Virus record (IMG/VR): IMGVR_UViG_3300020044_000889
Span: 1-43,144 of that record
Source of the DNA: a virus
Taxonomy: Duplodnaviria; Caudoviricetes
Strand: one strand, 5' to 3'
DNA: 43,144 nucleotides
The translations under genes were made by a program, and so were the position numbers. Below are positions 18,819-27,210 of the stretch, piece by piece (the stretch's first letter is position 1; each line of letters starts with the position of its first letter). The notes under the pieces are model-generated. The model saw nothing but the letters and a program-made list of their open reading frames with translations, was not told where the DNA came from and made no database searches.

Positions 18819-19222
18819 AATTCAATCCTCATTACTTGGTGGGTGTTTTCCATACCCATTTTCTTGTACATCTCAACAAGAGAACCTCTTGCCCAACACT
18901 GGGCTTTTTTTGCACCGTTGAGCCGCATAAATTCTTTGGCTTCATCAAACACGTAGTCTCTGACAATTCCTTTGCCCCCCATCAAGTTCACATGACCGAT
19001 ACGCTCCAGCGGGTAGTCAATAAACTCAATCGTGCAAGCACCGGTTATGCCTTCACCGGGTTCTTCCCATACCAACAAATGCGTTTTACCCGTTCGGATA
19101 CTGTACTCAATAAACTGCTCATTGTGTGACCCCGGCTCTAAGTCCATTGCTTTTTTGAGGAGGGGTAGAGCAACAGGCCATACAACTGGAAGGTGGTTAG
19201 GGTGAACGTGGTGCAGAGGCAT
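18815..19222 (-). CDS. putative GNAT-fold virion assembly protein (positional analogue of P22 gp14)
   Basis: 135 aa; HLLVW, GACTIEF, HVNLMGG, GAK....W..G...MYKKMG resemble GNAT motifs; lies immediately upstream of the pilot protein. Confidence 0.5.
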   Translation of the reverse strand: MPLHHVHPNHLPVVWPVALPLLKKAMDLEPGSHNEQFIEYSIRTGKTHLLVWEEPGEGITGACTIEFIDYPLERIGHVNLMGGKGIVRDYVFDEAKEFMRLNGAKKAQCWARGSLVEMYKKMGMENTHQVMRIEL

Positions 19223-19224
19223 GG

Positions 19225-21123
19225 TTACGCAGGGAGGTATTTCTCAGAACGGCTGTTTTTGGCAACCTTACCTTTACCTACAGTCTTGCGCCTAGCGGAT
19301 TGAATCCTGTCCATCATTGCATACAGCTTACGTGCACCAGCTTCGGTTGAGCCATTGCCCAACTCGGACACGATACGTGCAGGTACGACAAACTCACCGT
19401 CGGCTAAACGTGCAGGCTGCTTCTTGCCAATCACCGCAGGGATGGAGTCGGACACGCCGTCACCGGGGCCACGTAGCAATCTGCCACCATCAGAGTAGCC
19501 GCCAAGGTTGTAACCAGCATCAGAAATACTGCCGCCTGCGGCACGATTAAATCCACTTCTGGGCGGCGCACTAGCACCCATGCCACCACGATTTCCTGTA
19601 TATGTAAAAGGAGCAGCTTTTTTCTTTTTTGCTTTTTCGTCTTCAAAAGTCCCTTGGATTTGACCGTACTGCTGCTTGATAGGGTCGTAAGCATAACCAG
19701 ATGAGGCTAAATTTGTTGTTGTAGGCGCTGGCATAGTAGGCGCGGTTGGCATTTGTGCAGGGCCACCCATAGTCTGTTTCAAGTAGTCTGCATATTGTGC
19801 GTTTGCATCAACTTGGGGCGCTTGGGTTTGAGCTTGAGCCGCACGTTGTGCTTGCATCTGTTTAAATGCTTGCATGGCAGGGGTTTCAGTTGGGCGATAT
19901 TCCGTAGTTGTACCGCCGTCAGCCATCATGGTTATGTTGCCAAATATAGAAGAATCGTCTTGGTTTTCTTGTGCGGGCTGTTGAGCTTGTTGAGTTTGTT
20001 GTATGGGCTGTTGAGCTTGTGGCTCAACTTGAGTCGTGTTGTTATACCCAGTAAATCCACCACTGCTTTGGAAAGGATACGTGTTTGATCCACCCGTACT
20101 TGCGCTATAAGAGCCACCACTTCCGCCACCCAAATCAAGGGGGATATGCAAATCTAAATTACCACTACCTGTGATACCTCCGTCGGCATACCCATATTTT
20201 TCTCTAGCTTCTTCGGGTGTAAGTTTTGAGTACGCTGGCGCAAAGTACCGCTGTTCCCGACCATATGGGTCTGGTTGTGGGAAAGGCGTAGTAGTGGGGG
20301 TTTGTGGGTTGTCAAGCGGATTTTGTCCGGGCTGTACTTGTTGTGGTTGACCGCCTGTGGGGTTCATAGAGAAACCATAGCGCTGACCCATATCCGCATC
20401 GGCTTTTTCTTCTTCCTGCTTCTTAGGAGTCATCATTGCACCAATAGCTGGTGCAGCGGCGGAACCAACCTTACTTATCAGACTCATGGGGTTACCACCA
20501 AGGTTTTGATACAAGCTACTTAAACCACCTTCTTGACCGAGGGAGCCAATTCCCTTACCCATCGCTTGAAGCTTGCCCATAAAGTCTGGAGCAGCAGCAG
20601 TTCTTGCGGCGGCTTGAGCGGTTGAAGCGTCCATAGATGCTTTTTGGATAGCCTCCATACCACCGGGTTTAAGTAATTGAGATGTTGGGTCGTAGAAATT
20701 TTGCATCTGAGTGGCGGCATTTTGCTGGGCTGCTGCAACTTCTGGGGCGGATGCCACTGCTGCATCAGTACCGCTTGCCAGTAAACCACCACCCAAATTA
20801 GCGCCGCCATAAGCACCCAAGCCAGCCATCAAGCCTTTTTCTAAGCTACCTGTTGCCAAAGTCATGCCCCCGCCAACCATCATTGCTGCCATAGGAGCGC
20901 CAACACCTGAAGCAACCAAAGCCGCACCAGCCACCATAGGCAAAATGGATTCAAGGAAGCCAGCTTCGGGTAAACCCGTATTTGGGTTGATAGACAGTTG
21001 TCCACCATGCGCCATTGCTATGTCATTGAGGCTTTTGACCTCACGGGGCGACATGTGAACAAGCGTGGAATCGTTACCACGACCATGCGATGAAAGGTGT
21101 TGGGCTGCGACTTGTAGACTCAT
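19225..21123 (-). CDS. internal virion protein with GRGNDSTLVH (N-terminal) and GPGDGVSDSIPA..DGEFVV (C-terminal) domains
   Basis: Start at 21123 after GAGG; Gly/Ala hydrophobic stretch; Pro/Gln-rich linker. Confidence 0.7.
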   Translation of the reverse strand: MSLQVAAQHLSSHGRGNDSTLVHMSPREVKSLNDIAMAHGGQLSINPNTGLPEAGFLESILPMVAGAALVASGVGAPMAAMMVGGGMTLATGSLEKGLMAGLGAYGGANLGGGLLASGTDAAVASAPEVAAAQQNAATQMQNFYDPTSQLLKPGGMEAIQKASMDASTAQAAARTAAAPDFMGKLQAMGKGIGSLGQEGGLSSLYQNLGGNPMSLISKVGSAAAPAIGAMMTPKKQEEEKADADMGQRYGFSMNPTGGQPQQVQPGQNPLDNPQTPTTTPFPQPDPYGREQRYFAPAYSKLTPEEAREKYGYADGGITGSGNLDLHIPLDLGGGSGGSYSASTGGSNTYPFQSSGGFTGYNNTTQVEPQAQQPIQQTQQAQQPAQENQDDSSIFGNITMMADGGTTTEYRPTETPAMQAFKQMQAQRAAQAQTQAPQVDANAQYADYLKQTMGGPAQMPTAPTMPAPTTTNLASSGYAYDPIKQQYGQIQGTFEDEKAKKKKAAPFTYTGNRGGMGASAPPRSGFNRAAGGSISDAGYNLGGYSDGGRLLRGPGDGVSDSIPAVIGKKQPARLADGEFVVPARIVSELGNGSTEAGARKLYAMMDRIQSARRKTVGKGKVAKNSRSEKYLPA

Positions 21124-21151
21124 TTTTGCCTCGTAAATAGGGGGTTGGTTG

Positions 21152-21180
21152 ATAGTATCATGTTGGCAACGCCGACACAA
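21152..21180 (-). promoter_or_regulatory. putative sigma70 promoter for the ejection-protein operon
   Basis: Minus strand TTGTGT-17 bp-TACTAT, with extended -10 TGn. Confidence 0.55.
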
Positions 21181-21820
21181 ATGTCATTGTGGCTACGACG
21201 GATTGAGTTGAAGGCCGAACCGGGCCGGTAGAAGTTGGGTAGTGTTGAATCGTCACCGAGGCAAGTGTGGTTGACCAGTAAATCTCTATGTACTGCCCCG
21301 CCGTCATGCTTACATAGTAGTTCCAACCAATAATCTCATGCGCTTCTTCACCTGCGGAAGCGCTTTTTCTGGCGGGGATGGACACAAATCCTGTTGAGCC
21401 CGGAATGTCTGTGCCGTTTTGCTTTAACCAAATGCTGATGTCTTGGATTGCGTTGTCAGTATTTTGAAACTGGGCGCTGAATTGTAAGTTGTATATACCA
21501 GCAGTCGCCACCGTAATCTTAGACGAAGCAATCGACACACCATTGGCAAAGTCCGTAGTGTTTAACGTCATCAATGTGGCTGTATTTGCTGTAGTGGACT
21601 GGTCTTGATCGCTTGAAAATGCGCCATAGGGGAACCGCACCCCAGAGATGCCGCCCGAAGTCGATAGCTGTCCAATAATGTTGTCAAGTTGGTTAAAGTA
21701 CAACCGCAAGACGTTGTTTAACTGGTTGATGTAGTTAGGATCGTACGCATTTGTTGCCGTAGGCAAGCGCGGAGCAACAACCCTGTTTAGCTCATACTCA
21801 GATGTAACAACGTAGCTCAT
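21158..21820 (-). CDS. tail-associated structural protein (helical N-terminus, beta-rich C1q-like C-terminus)
   Basis: LNNVLRLYFNQLD helix, then YGAFSSD...AGIYNLQFSAQF; follows the nozzle gene. Confidence 0.6.
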   Translation of the reverse strand: MSYVVTSEYELNRVVAPRLPTATNAYDPNYINQLNNVLRLYFNQLDNIIGQLSTSGGISGVRFPYGAFSSDQDQSTTANTATLMTLNTTDFANGVSIASSKITVATAGIYNLQFSAQFQNTDNAIQDISIWLKQNGTDIPGSTGFVSIPARKSASAGEEAHEIIGWNYYVSMTAGQYIEIYWSTTLASVTIQHYPTSTGPVRPSTQSVVATMTFVSALPT

Positions 21821-23889
21821 CGTCTGCCATCCGGCCTGATGTCAATCCGTGGAGCGCCAAGCTGCCACTGCACACCCAAAGCATTTGATGTAATTTTCAT
21901 CTGCATCTGACGACCGCGTATGCGGATGTACAACTGCCCTGTGAACTCATCCACGTTTATGACGGAAGGCGCTGTGCCTGTGTAGGTTACGGCTGCATTC
22001 CCGCTTTGTAAGACACCAGAGCCTGAGTTATTCAAGCCTTGTAAGTACATCGTCACGCTTGGCGTAGTTCCTCCAGTAGACCCACGGAAAGTCATATCTG
22101 GAATCATGCGGTAAACAAACGCAAAGTTGTGTCCATCCCCAATATCAAACTGGGCTGACGTGATGGATGCTTCAATAGGCAGCGTAGTACCCGTTTCGTC
22201 GTCGTCAACGCCTTGTTCTTGGTTGACAATGTTGTAGTTGTATGTGGCAGCAAGCGGGTAATCGCGCAACCCAGTATCTAACCAAGCTGTACGTGCCAAT
22301 GTGCCATACATCCAAATATCTTCAGCGTAGTTATAAATAACATATTTGTCGATTGTGTTTGAGCCAGACGAGCAGTAAAAAAACCATGCCTCATTAAAGC
22401 CCTCGTTGGTGCTTGCAAATATCTGGTCAAACTGAAGTTTGTTGATGTCGTTGTAGATGTATTGCCGCAAGTCACAGCGAAGGGTTTGTACGCGCCCGTC
22501 GTATTTATAAAATTTGTCCACACCCATCCAGTAGGTAACGCCTGAAGCCATCACTGCTGCGTTGGGGCTGGCTATTGATATGTTGTCGGCCAAAAGCTGC
22601 GTACTCCAGACATATGGTGGGCCAAGGTATTGCAGAGAATACAGGGCCTGATCTGTCCAAACCACAATCTCTTGACGGCTTTGCAGCGTAGTGACAATCT
22701 TTGACCCGTGCGATAAACGCACGCTACCCGCTTGGTTGGTTACCGCCGGATACCATGTTGTCAATGATTCTTGATCTGACCAACGGATAAGTAAAGGGTC
22801 TAGTACTGTGCTGCCGTAGTCGTTTGTGCCAAACACAAGCAAGAAGCGGCTGGCATCCGATATGGTGAAAGTATTTTGATAGAGCGGTGTATACCCATCA
22901 GCACCTGACAAAGATGACAACAGAATACCACGGGGAGAAATTGAATGCACCCCTGACTGTGTGCCAGTAGTAGTTATTGCCGCGCCACCTGAAGTGGCTG
23001 CAAGATTAAATGTTGCCGCTGTCAAATACTTGGTGTAATAAGTGACTCCGGGTAACAAACCTGTGGGTAAAGCGCCTGTGGTTGAAAACGTAATTGGTGT
23101 TCCGTCTGCCAAATTTATTACCGCCGTTACTACGCAAGGGGACGCAATAGTCATGGACACCACAGAATTTGACACACCAATAGCGGCGCTCCAGTAGTAA
23201 AGCGGAGAACCGCGAGGGCCGTAAACTAAATCTTGACCCCAGTTCAACTGATTCCAAATGCGCAAAGCATCCGTGGATGTACCACCAAAACCCCATGTGC
23301 CCGAACCCCAAGTGCTTGCCCCCCAGCCGGTCAAAGGAGCCGTAGAGGATGGGCCGGTGTTGATTTGATACACCGCATAAACAGTACCACCGCCAGTGGC
23401 GGCAGTAGCAGCCGCAGCAATTGTTATGGTGTAGGAGGTTGAGTTTATATAGGTTATCTGATACTCACCAGAAATCGTCTGCCCACCAACAGCCGTCGCA
23501 CCGTAGAAGGTAACGTAATCGTTGTCAATGAACCCACCATTTGCGTCGGTGACGGTGACAGTTGTTGTTCCGTTTGTCGTAAACGGGTTTGTAAGTGTGG
23601 TGGTTGTTCTGATAGGTGTAACGTCGTTATATACACCACCGCTCTCAATATAAAACTTTAAGCTCGTGCCAACACCAAGCAGGTTTAGGGAGCCAAGCGT
23701 CACCCAATTCCATAGAGAACGGCAAACCCCCAAAAAGGTAGAAGTTGAAATGCGCTGCCAGCCGCCAATCTTCTCGGGCGTGCCTTGACGGAACCGCACC
23801 TTGTCCGATTCATACCAGCCACCCTCGTTTGTGTACCTCGTGTTTTCACGATTGACACCGGGTTTGAGGAGGATTTTTTGTAATGGCAT
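21817..23889 (-). CDS. tail nozzle/stabilization protein (P22 gp10/T7 gp12-like)
   Basis: 690 aa, beta-propeller-like with many W/Y residues (IRWSDQE, YWMG..KFYKYDG); synteny. Confidence 0.75.
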   Translation of the reverse strand: MPLQKILLKPGVNRENTRYTNEGGWYESDKVRFRQGTPEKIGGWQRISTSTFLGVCRSLWNWVTLGSLNLLGVGTSLKFYIESGGVYNDVTPIRTTTTLTNPFTTNGTTTVTVTDANGGFIDNDYVTFYGATAVGGQTISGEYQITYINSTSYTITIAAAATAATGGGTVYAVYQINTGPSSTAPLTGWGASTWGSGTWGFGGTSTDALRIWNQLNWGQDLVYGPRGSPLYYWSAAIGVSNSVVSMTIASPCVVTAVINLADGTPITFSTTGALPTGLLPGVTYYTKYLTAATFNLAATSGGAAITTTGTQSGVHSISPRGILLSSLSGADGYTPLYQNTFTISDASRFLLVFGTNDYGSTVLDPLLIRWSDQESLTTWYPAVTNQAGSVRLSHGSKIVTTLQSRQEIVVWTDQALYSLQYLGPPYVWSTQLLADNISIASPNAAVMASGVTYWMGVDKFYKYDGRVQTLRCDLRQYIYNDINKLQFDQIFASTNEGFNEAWFFYCSSGSNTIDKYVIYNYAEDIWMYGTLARTAWLDTGLRDYPLAATYNYNIVNQEQGVDDDETGTTLPIEASITSAQFDIGDGHNFAFVYRMIPDMTFRGSTGGTTPSVTMYLQGLNNSGSGVLQSGNAAVTYTGTAPSVINVDEFTGQLYIRIRGRQMQMKITSNALGVQWQLGAPRIDIRPDGRR

Positions 23890-23893
23890 GAAA

Positions 23894-24361
23894 TTAGGCT
23901 ACTAAACCGGGAACATACTGAGTTTTACCAGCGACTTTCATTGCGGTCAACTCCTGCTTCTTCAGGTTGTTCGGGTCGTAAGACACATGCACCCAGCCGC
24001 TGTCAGGGATGCCGGGGGTATAGAACTCAAGGATGAGTTGGGTGTATTCTAGGTTATCCATGATCCATTGGGCAAGCTCTGCGTTTGCCACTCCGGGTAT
24101 CTCAATATCGGCTGCTTGGCCCTTGCAATGGTCTGAGGTACGAGATCCTCCGACTGCTTGGTTACTTTCGGGACTGCGGAACCCAGAATTACATTTGACA
24201 CCCTTGCCAAAGTGGTCACGCACGGGTTGGAGAACCTTCTCACACAGCAAGCGCAGGGCTTCGGTTTCTACCTCACCGGGGGTATTGTCAAAGCCCATAC
24301 GCAGGGCAGTCTCGGATTTGGTCAACTCGTGCAGGGAGAAGTTGGCTGTCAATTGAGTCAT
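23894..24361 (-). CDS. endolysin, peptidase M15-family Zn peptidase
   Basis: NFSL.E, NSGFRS...N..VGGS..SDH..G.AADI, WVHVS. Confidence 0.9.
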   Translation of the reverse strand: MTQLTANFSLHELTKSETALRMGFDNTPGEVETEALRLLCEKVLQPVRDHFGKGVKCNSGFRSPESNQAVGGSRTSDHCKGQAADIEIPGVANAELAQWIMDNLEYTQLILEFYTPGIPDSGWVHVSYDPNNLKKQELTAMKVAGKTQYVPGLVA

Positions 24362-24825
24362 TTCATTTTCCTCAAGGTTTCGTATTGGTCGATGCAGGCG
24401 TTGAGCTTGCGGATGGCTTGGTCTCCGTCGGCTGTGATTGCGATAAGAGCTTCAGCAACCGATCGGTCAAGTTCGGTTCTTGTTTCTCGGCTATCTCCGG
24501 CGGTAGAGGCGGCATTACCGGCGCTTGGTACGGGGCAGGTGGTTTTGGTAGGAATGAACAGCTTGCGCTCGCCAGTGGCAATATCAGCACGCAACTTAGT
24601 TTCTTTAGCTTTTGCAACATTATTGGCTTTCCTCAAAGTCTGAGCGTATGTCTGGGCAACTTCCCCCATACGCTGTTCTGTCTCCCGTGCCTTGGCGTTC
24701 AAGGCTGCAATCTCAATCTGTTGACGGGTGTTCTCACTCTGTTCACCGCTGTAGTACCCAGCGCCAAAGCTACCCAGCACCGCCAAAACGATGCCAAGTA
24801 GGACATAAGGATTGAACAGGCTCAT
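24358..24825 (-). CDS. Rz: inner-membrane spanin (Rz-like)
   Basis: N-terminal TM helix, coiled coil, two Cys residues; adjacent to the endolysin. Confidence 0.8.
   Translation of the reverse strand: MSLFNPYVLLGIVLAVLGSFGAGYYSGEQSENTRQQIEIAALNAKARETEQRMGEVAQTYAQTLRKANNVAKAKETKLRADIATGERKLFIPTKTTCPVPSAGNAASTAGDSRETRTELDRSVAEALIAITADGDQAIRKLNACIDQYETLRKMK
24372..24620 (-). CDS. Rz1: outer-membrane lipoprotein spanin embedded in Rz (Rz1-like)
   Basis: Basic N-terminus, hydrophobic signal, lipobox-like LASAS-C, Pro-rich mature part; lies entirely inside Rz in another frame. Confidence 0.7.
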   Translation of the reverse strand: MLQKLKKLSCVLILPLASASCSFLPKPPAPYQAPVMPPLPPEIAEKQEPNLTDRLLKLLSQSQPTETKPSASSTPASTNTKP

Positions 24826-25145
24826 GGCTTGGGCGGCTCATCAGTGTCATTGGCTTCGGCTTTGGCTACCGCATTGGCTACCGCCTTGATGCCTGAACGC
24901 CCTGCTACACCACCCAATACGCCAGTAATGAAGACCATGATGGTTGAAATCTGCTGGGTGTATATCTTGTCAATAGGAGCCATACCCGCCATAGGCTGGG
25001 TGACGTAGGTCACCGAATACAGGAAGGCCACCATTGCACCAAGCAAGATGGTCACCAAAATGACGATGACAAAAGCCCAGACACGGACTTCAATTTCTTC
25101 TGCGGTCAGGCGGTTGTTAGGTTTGTATCCAATTGTTGGCATCAT
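24822..25145 (-). CDS. putative holin (2 TM)
   Basis: Two hydrophobic helices; located in the lysis cassette. Confidence 0.6.
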   Translation of the reverse strand: MMPTIGYKPNNRLTAEEIEVRVWAFVIVILVTILLGAMVAFLYSVTYVTQPMAGMAPIDKIYTQQISTIMVFITGVLGGVAGRSGIKAVANAVAKAEANDTDEPPKP

Positions 25146-25321
25146 TTTTTCTCCTTCTCAGGTGTGATGAGCATCTCAGGGCAAGTGCCGGTGGCGCTGC
25201 AAATGGGTGGTTTGCATTCAGTGCTTTCCCAGTTCTTGGGATTTTGGCAAGGGTAACGATAGCGGTCTTCGCACCCGATCAAACACAAGGTTATCAGCAA
25301 AGGTATCAGGCTTTTTGTCAC
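25142..25321 (-). CDS. small lipoprotein (o-spanin-like)
   Basis: GTG start after AGGGAG; lipobox LIGC; Cys/Pro-rich mature part. Confidence 0.65.
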   Translation of the reverse strand: MTKSLIPLLITLCLIGCEDRYRYPCQNPKNWESTECKPPICSATGTCPEMLITPEKEKK

Positions 25322-25469
25322 GTCGCTCCCTTTCAATTTCACGTCTTAACTTCTCAACCTTTTCCATCTGCACCTTGGCATCGTGCTTGGCATCCAGCAC
25401 ATCCAAGTACAGCATACCCAGCATAGGAAGAAGCAGGGCAACCAATATACATGCAGCAACCCATCCCAC
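25218..25469 (-). CDS. TM plus coiled-coil membrane protein (i-spanin-like); start uncertain
   Basis: GTG overlaps the upstream TAG; N-terminal TM then a charged coiled coil; 3' end overlaps the lipoprotein gene. Confidence 0.55.
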   Translation of the reverse strand: MGWVAACILVALLLPMLGMLYLDVLDAKHDAKVQMEKVEKLRREIERERRDKKPDTFADNLVFDRVRRPLSLPLPKSQELGKH

Positions 25470-26164
25470 TATGTCTTCCCCCAGCGATTGACGAACAGGA
25501 GCCACATCCACAGGTAGAGGAGGAATAGGGAAGTCACGATTAGATATGCTGACTTTGCTTGGAAGTTTCTTTTTGCCTCCGCCCGTTGCCATACCTTGTA
25601 TCGCTCCTTTGCCTCTTCCTTCAGCCTAGCGCCTTCCTGCTCCTCCTTGATGATGTCTCGCATCTCAAACACCTTGGAATACATAGCCCCCATTTCGGGT
25701 GGGGATTGGTACACCATGACTTCTCGGATCGTCTTTTCCAACTCTGCCATCTGATCCATTGCCATGACCCTCTTCAGGGCGGCTTCCATCAAATTGGCAT
25801 CGGGGTCGTAGACTGATCTGCTCTTTTCTTCCTCTTCACGTATGTGGGCAGCTAACTGTTCTTGGAGCTTGAAGAACTCCGTGAGTCGGCTGACGACATC
25901 TGCCATGACTTTGGTTTCGTCAACGGCAACATACTTTTCCTTCTTTTTTGCCACAGGCTGGCTTTGGGTCGGCTTTGGCGCACCGCCAAACATACTTGCC
26001 AACTTGCCCCAAAAACCATATACCTCCTGTGCAACTCCAATAGCTTCGTCAACCGTTGCCTTGACCTCCATGAAAGATGTCTTAGCTTGCTTGTATAACT
26101 CACAACCTTCTTTGATTGCGGCGACACAAGCATTTGCAGCAAAGAGGATTGAGATTGGATCAAT
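25469..26164 (-). CDS. membrane-anchored coiled-coil protein of the lysis region, probably ATT-initiated (231 aa)
   Basis: Frame open for 31 codons upstream of ATG 26071 (IDPISILFAANACVAAIK...); GGAG 5 nt before ATT; C-terminal TM. Confidence 0.7.
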   Translation of the reverse strand: MDPISILFAANACVAAIKEGCELYKQAKTSFMEVKATVDEAIGVAQEVYGFWGKLASMFGGAPKPTQSQPVAKKKEKYVAVDETKVMADVVSRLTEFFKLQEQLAAHIREEEEKSRSVYDPDANLMEAALKRVMAMDQMAELEKTIREVMVYQSPPEMGAMYSKVFEMRDIIKEEQEGARLKEEAKERYKVWQRAEAKRNFQAKSAYLIVTSLFLLYLWMWLLFVNRWGKT

Positions 26165-26166
26165 GA

Positions 26167-26334
26167 TTACTCCGCAGGCACTTCAGCTTTGGCTTCAGGC
26201 ATTGGCACTTGGGGGATGGCCTGCTCCCGAATAGCTTGAATCATGTCTGCCACTTCAGCATAAGGGCGTGTACCCAAATACTGCATAACAGCGTTCACCA
26301 GACCCAAGGTCAGTTCAATTTTTTTGTCGTTCAT
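26167..26334 (-). CDS. small hypothetical protein (55 aa)
   Basis: GGAG RBS then ATG; MNDKKIELTL...LGTRPYAEV. Confidence 0.75.
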   Translation of the reverse strand: MNDKKIELTLGLVNAVMQYLGTRPYAEVADMIQAIREQAIPQVPMPEAKAEVPAE

Positions 26335-26348
26335 AGTTTTCTCCAAAG

Positions 26349-26380
26349 CACCGCTGAGATGGGGCAGCGGTGGATACCCC
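26349..26380 (-). promoter_or_regulatory. predicted H-type RNA pseudoknot upstream of an RBS
   Basis: GGGGUA/UGCCCC and CACCGC/GCGGUG stems interleaved. Confidence 0.5.
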
Positions 26381-26605
26381 TTATTGCGGCATTGCTGCTT
26401 TGATTTCGTTAACTGTTGAAGCTGCGTCAATTGCTGTTTGCATGGTGGCGTATTTGTCACGGATGACTTGTCGCGCAGCTTCTGCGGCTGTTGCCTCTGA
26501 TGGAATGGTTGCCTTGATGTCCAATGGCGCAAACTCAGCAGAGCGAGCCTCACGGCGCTTTTCGTGGGCAATCGTCTTGGCTTTGTCAATGTTGATGGTA
26601 ATCAT
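26381..26605 (-). CDS. tail fibre assembly-like protein
   Basis: MITINIDKAK.IAHE.RR..R...RQ.IRD motif; ATGA overlap with the upstream gene. Confidence 0.6.
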   Translation of the reverse strand: MITINIDKAKTIAHEKRREARSAEFAPLDIKATIPSEATAAEAARQVIRDKYATMQTAIDAASTVNEIKAAMPQ

Positions 26606-26790
26606 TCTGTGTATTCCCATGCGTTGCGGAAAGTGCGGTCTGTTGGGATGTCAGCGACATCCACGATCTTGTAAGGCTTGCCAGCAGGGACATCCTTGGC
26701 GGCAATTTCCTCAATGGACAAGCCGCAATCAGGAGCTGGAACAATGATGGCTACACCATCGTCAGTTGGGTAAATGATTCTTGAGTTCAT
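26602..26790 (-). CDS. tail fibre assembly-like small protein
   Basis: KDVP.G.PYKIV...DIP.DRTFRNAW; follows the fibre genes. Confidence 0.65.
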   Translation of the reverse strand: MNSRIIYPTDDGVAIIVPAPDCGLSIEEIAAKDVPAGKPYKIVDVADIPTDRTFRNAWEYTE

Positions 26791-26799
26791 GGTGTCACC

Positions 26800-27210
26800 T
26801 TATCTAAAAATACTTACCGTCATTGCTAAAGCATCGGCGGTTACTCCACCAGCATAATCTTGAGCTAAAATTCTTACGCTACCTACTGCAAAAGTGGTTG
26901 AATATGTTGTGTTTGGATAAAGCACCATCATGCGAGCATTATTTCCGGGAGCAATGTTAGCCATACAATTACCTGAAACAGAATAATTAGTATCAGACAT
27001 CGCAGTCGTAAAATTAACCGTGTAATCTGCCGTACCGTTATCTGTAATGCTCGTCACATTACCTGATGCACGAATAGCGACAGTGCCAGTGCCGTTGAAG
27101 TTAACCCAAGCACGACATGAGTAGTTGATACCATCAATGTTTGTAGATGGGTTTACAGACCCACCAGCGTTTGTTGTGATACCTGCTGATCCATCAATTA
27201 CTGTACTCAT
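26800..27210 (-). CDS. tail fibre module
   Basis: CRAWVNFNGTGTVAIRASGNVTSITDNGT.DYTVNF fibre motif. Confidence 0.75.
   Translation of the reverse strand: MSTVIDGSAGITTNAGGSVNPSTNIDGINYSCRAWVNFNGTGTVAIRASGNVTSITDNGTADYTVNFTTAMSDTNYSVSGNCMANIAPGNNARMMVLYPNTTYSTTFAVGSVRILAQDYAGGVTADALAMTVSIFR

Noticed and set aside
26167-26589. Pseudoknot-stimulated frameshift joining 26381..26605 to the downstream ORF
   Set aside because: It would need a +1 shift, no slippery heptamer is suitably placed, and the downstream gene has its own GGAG plus ATG.
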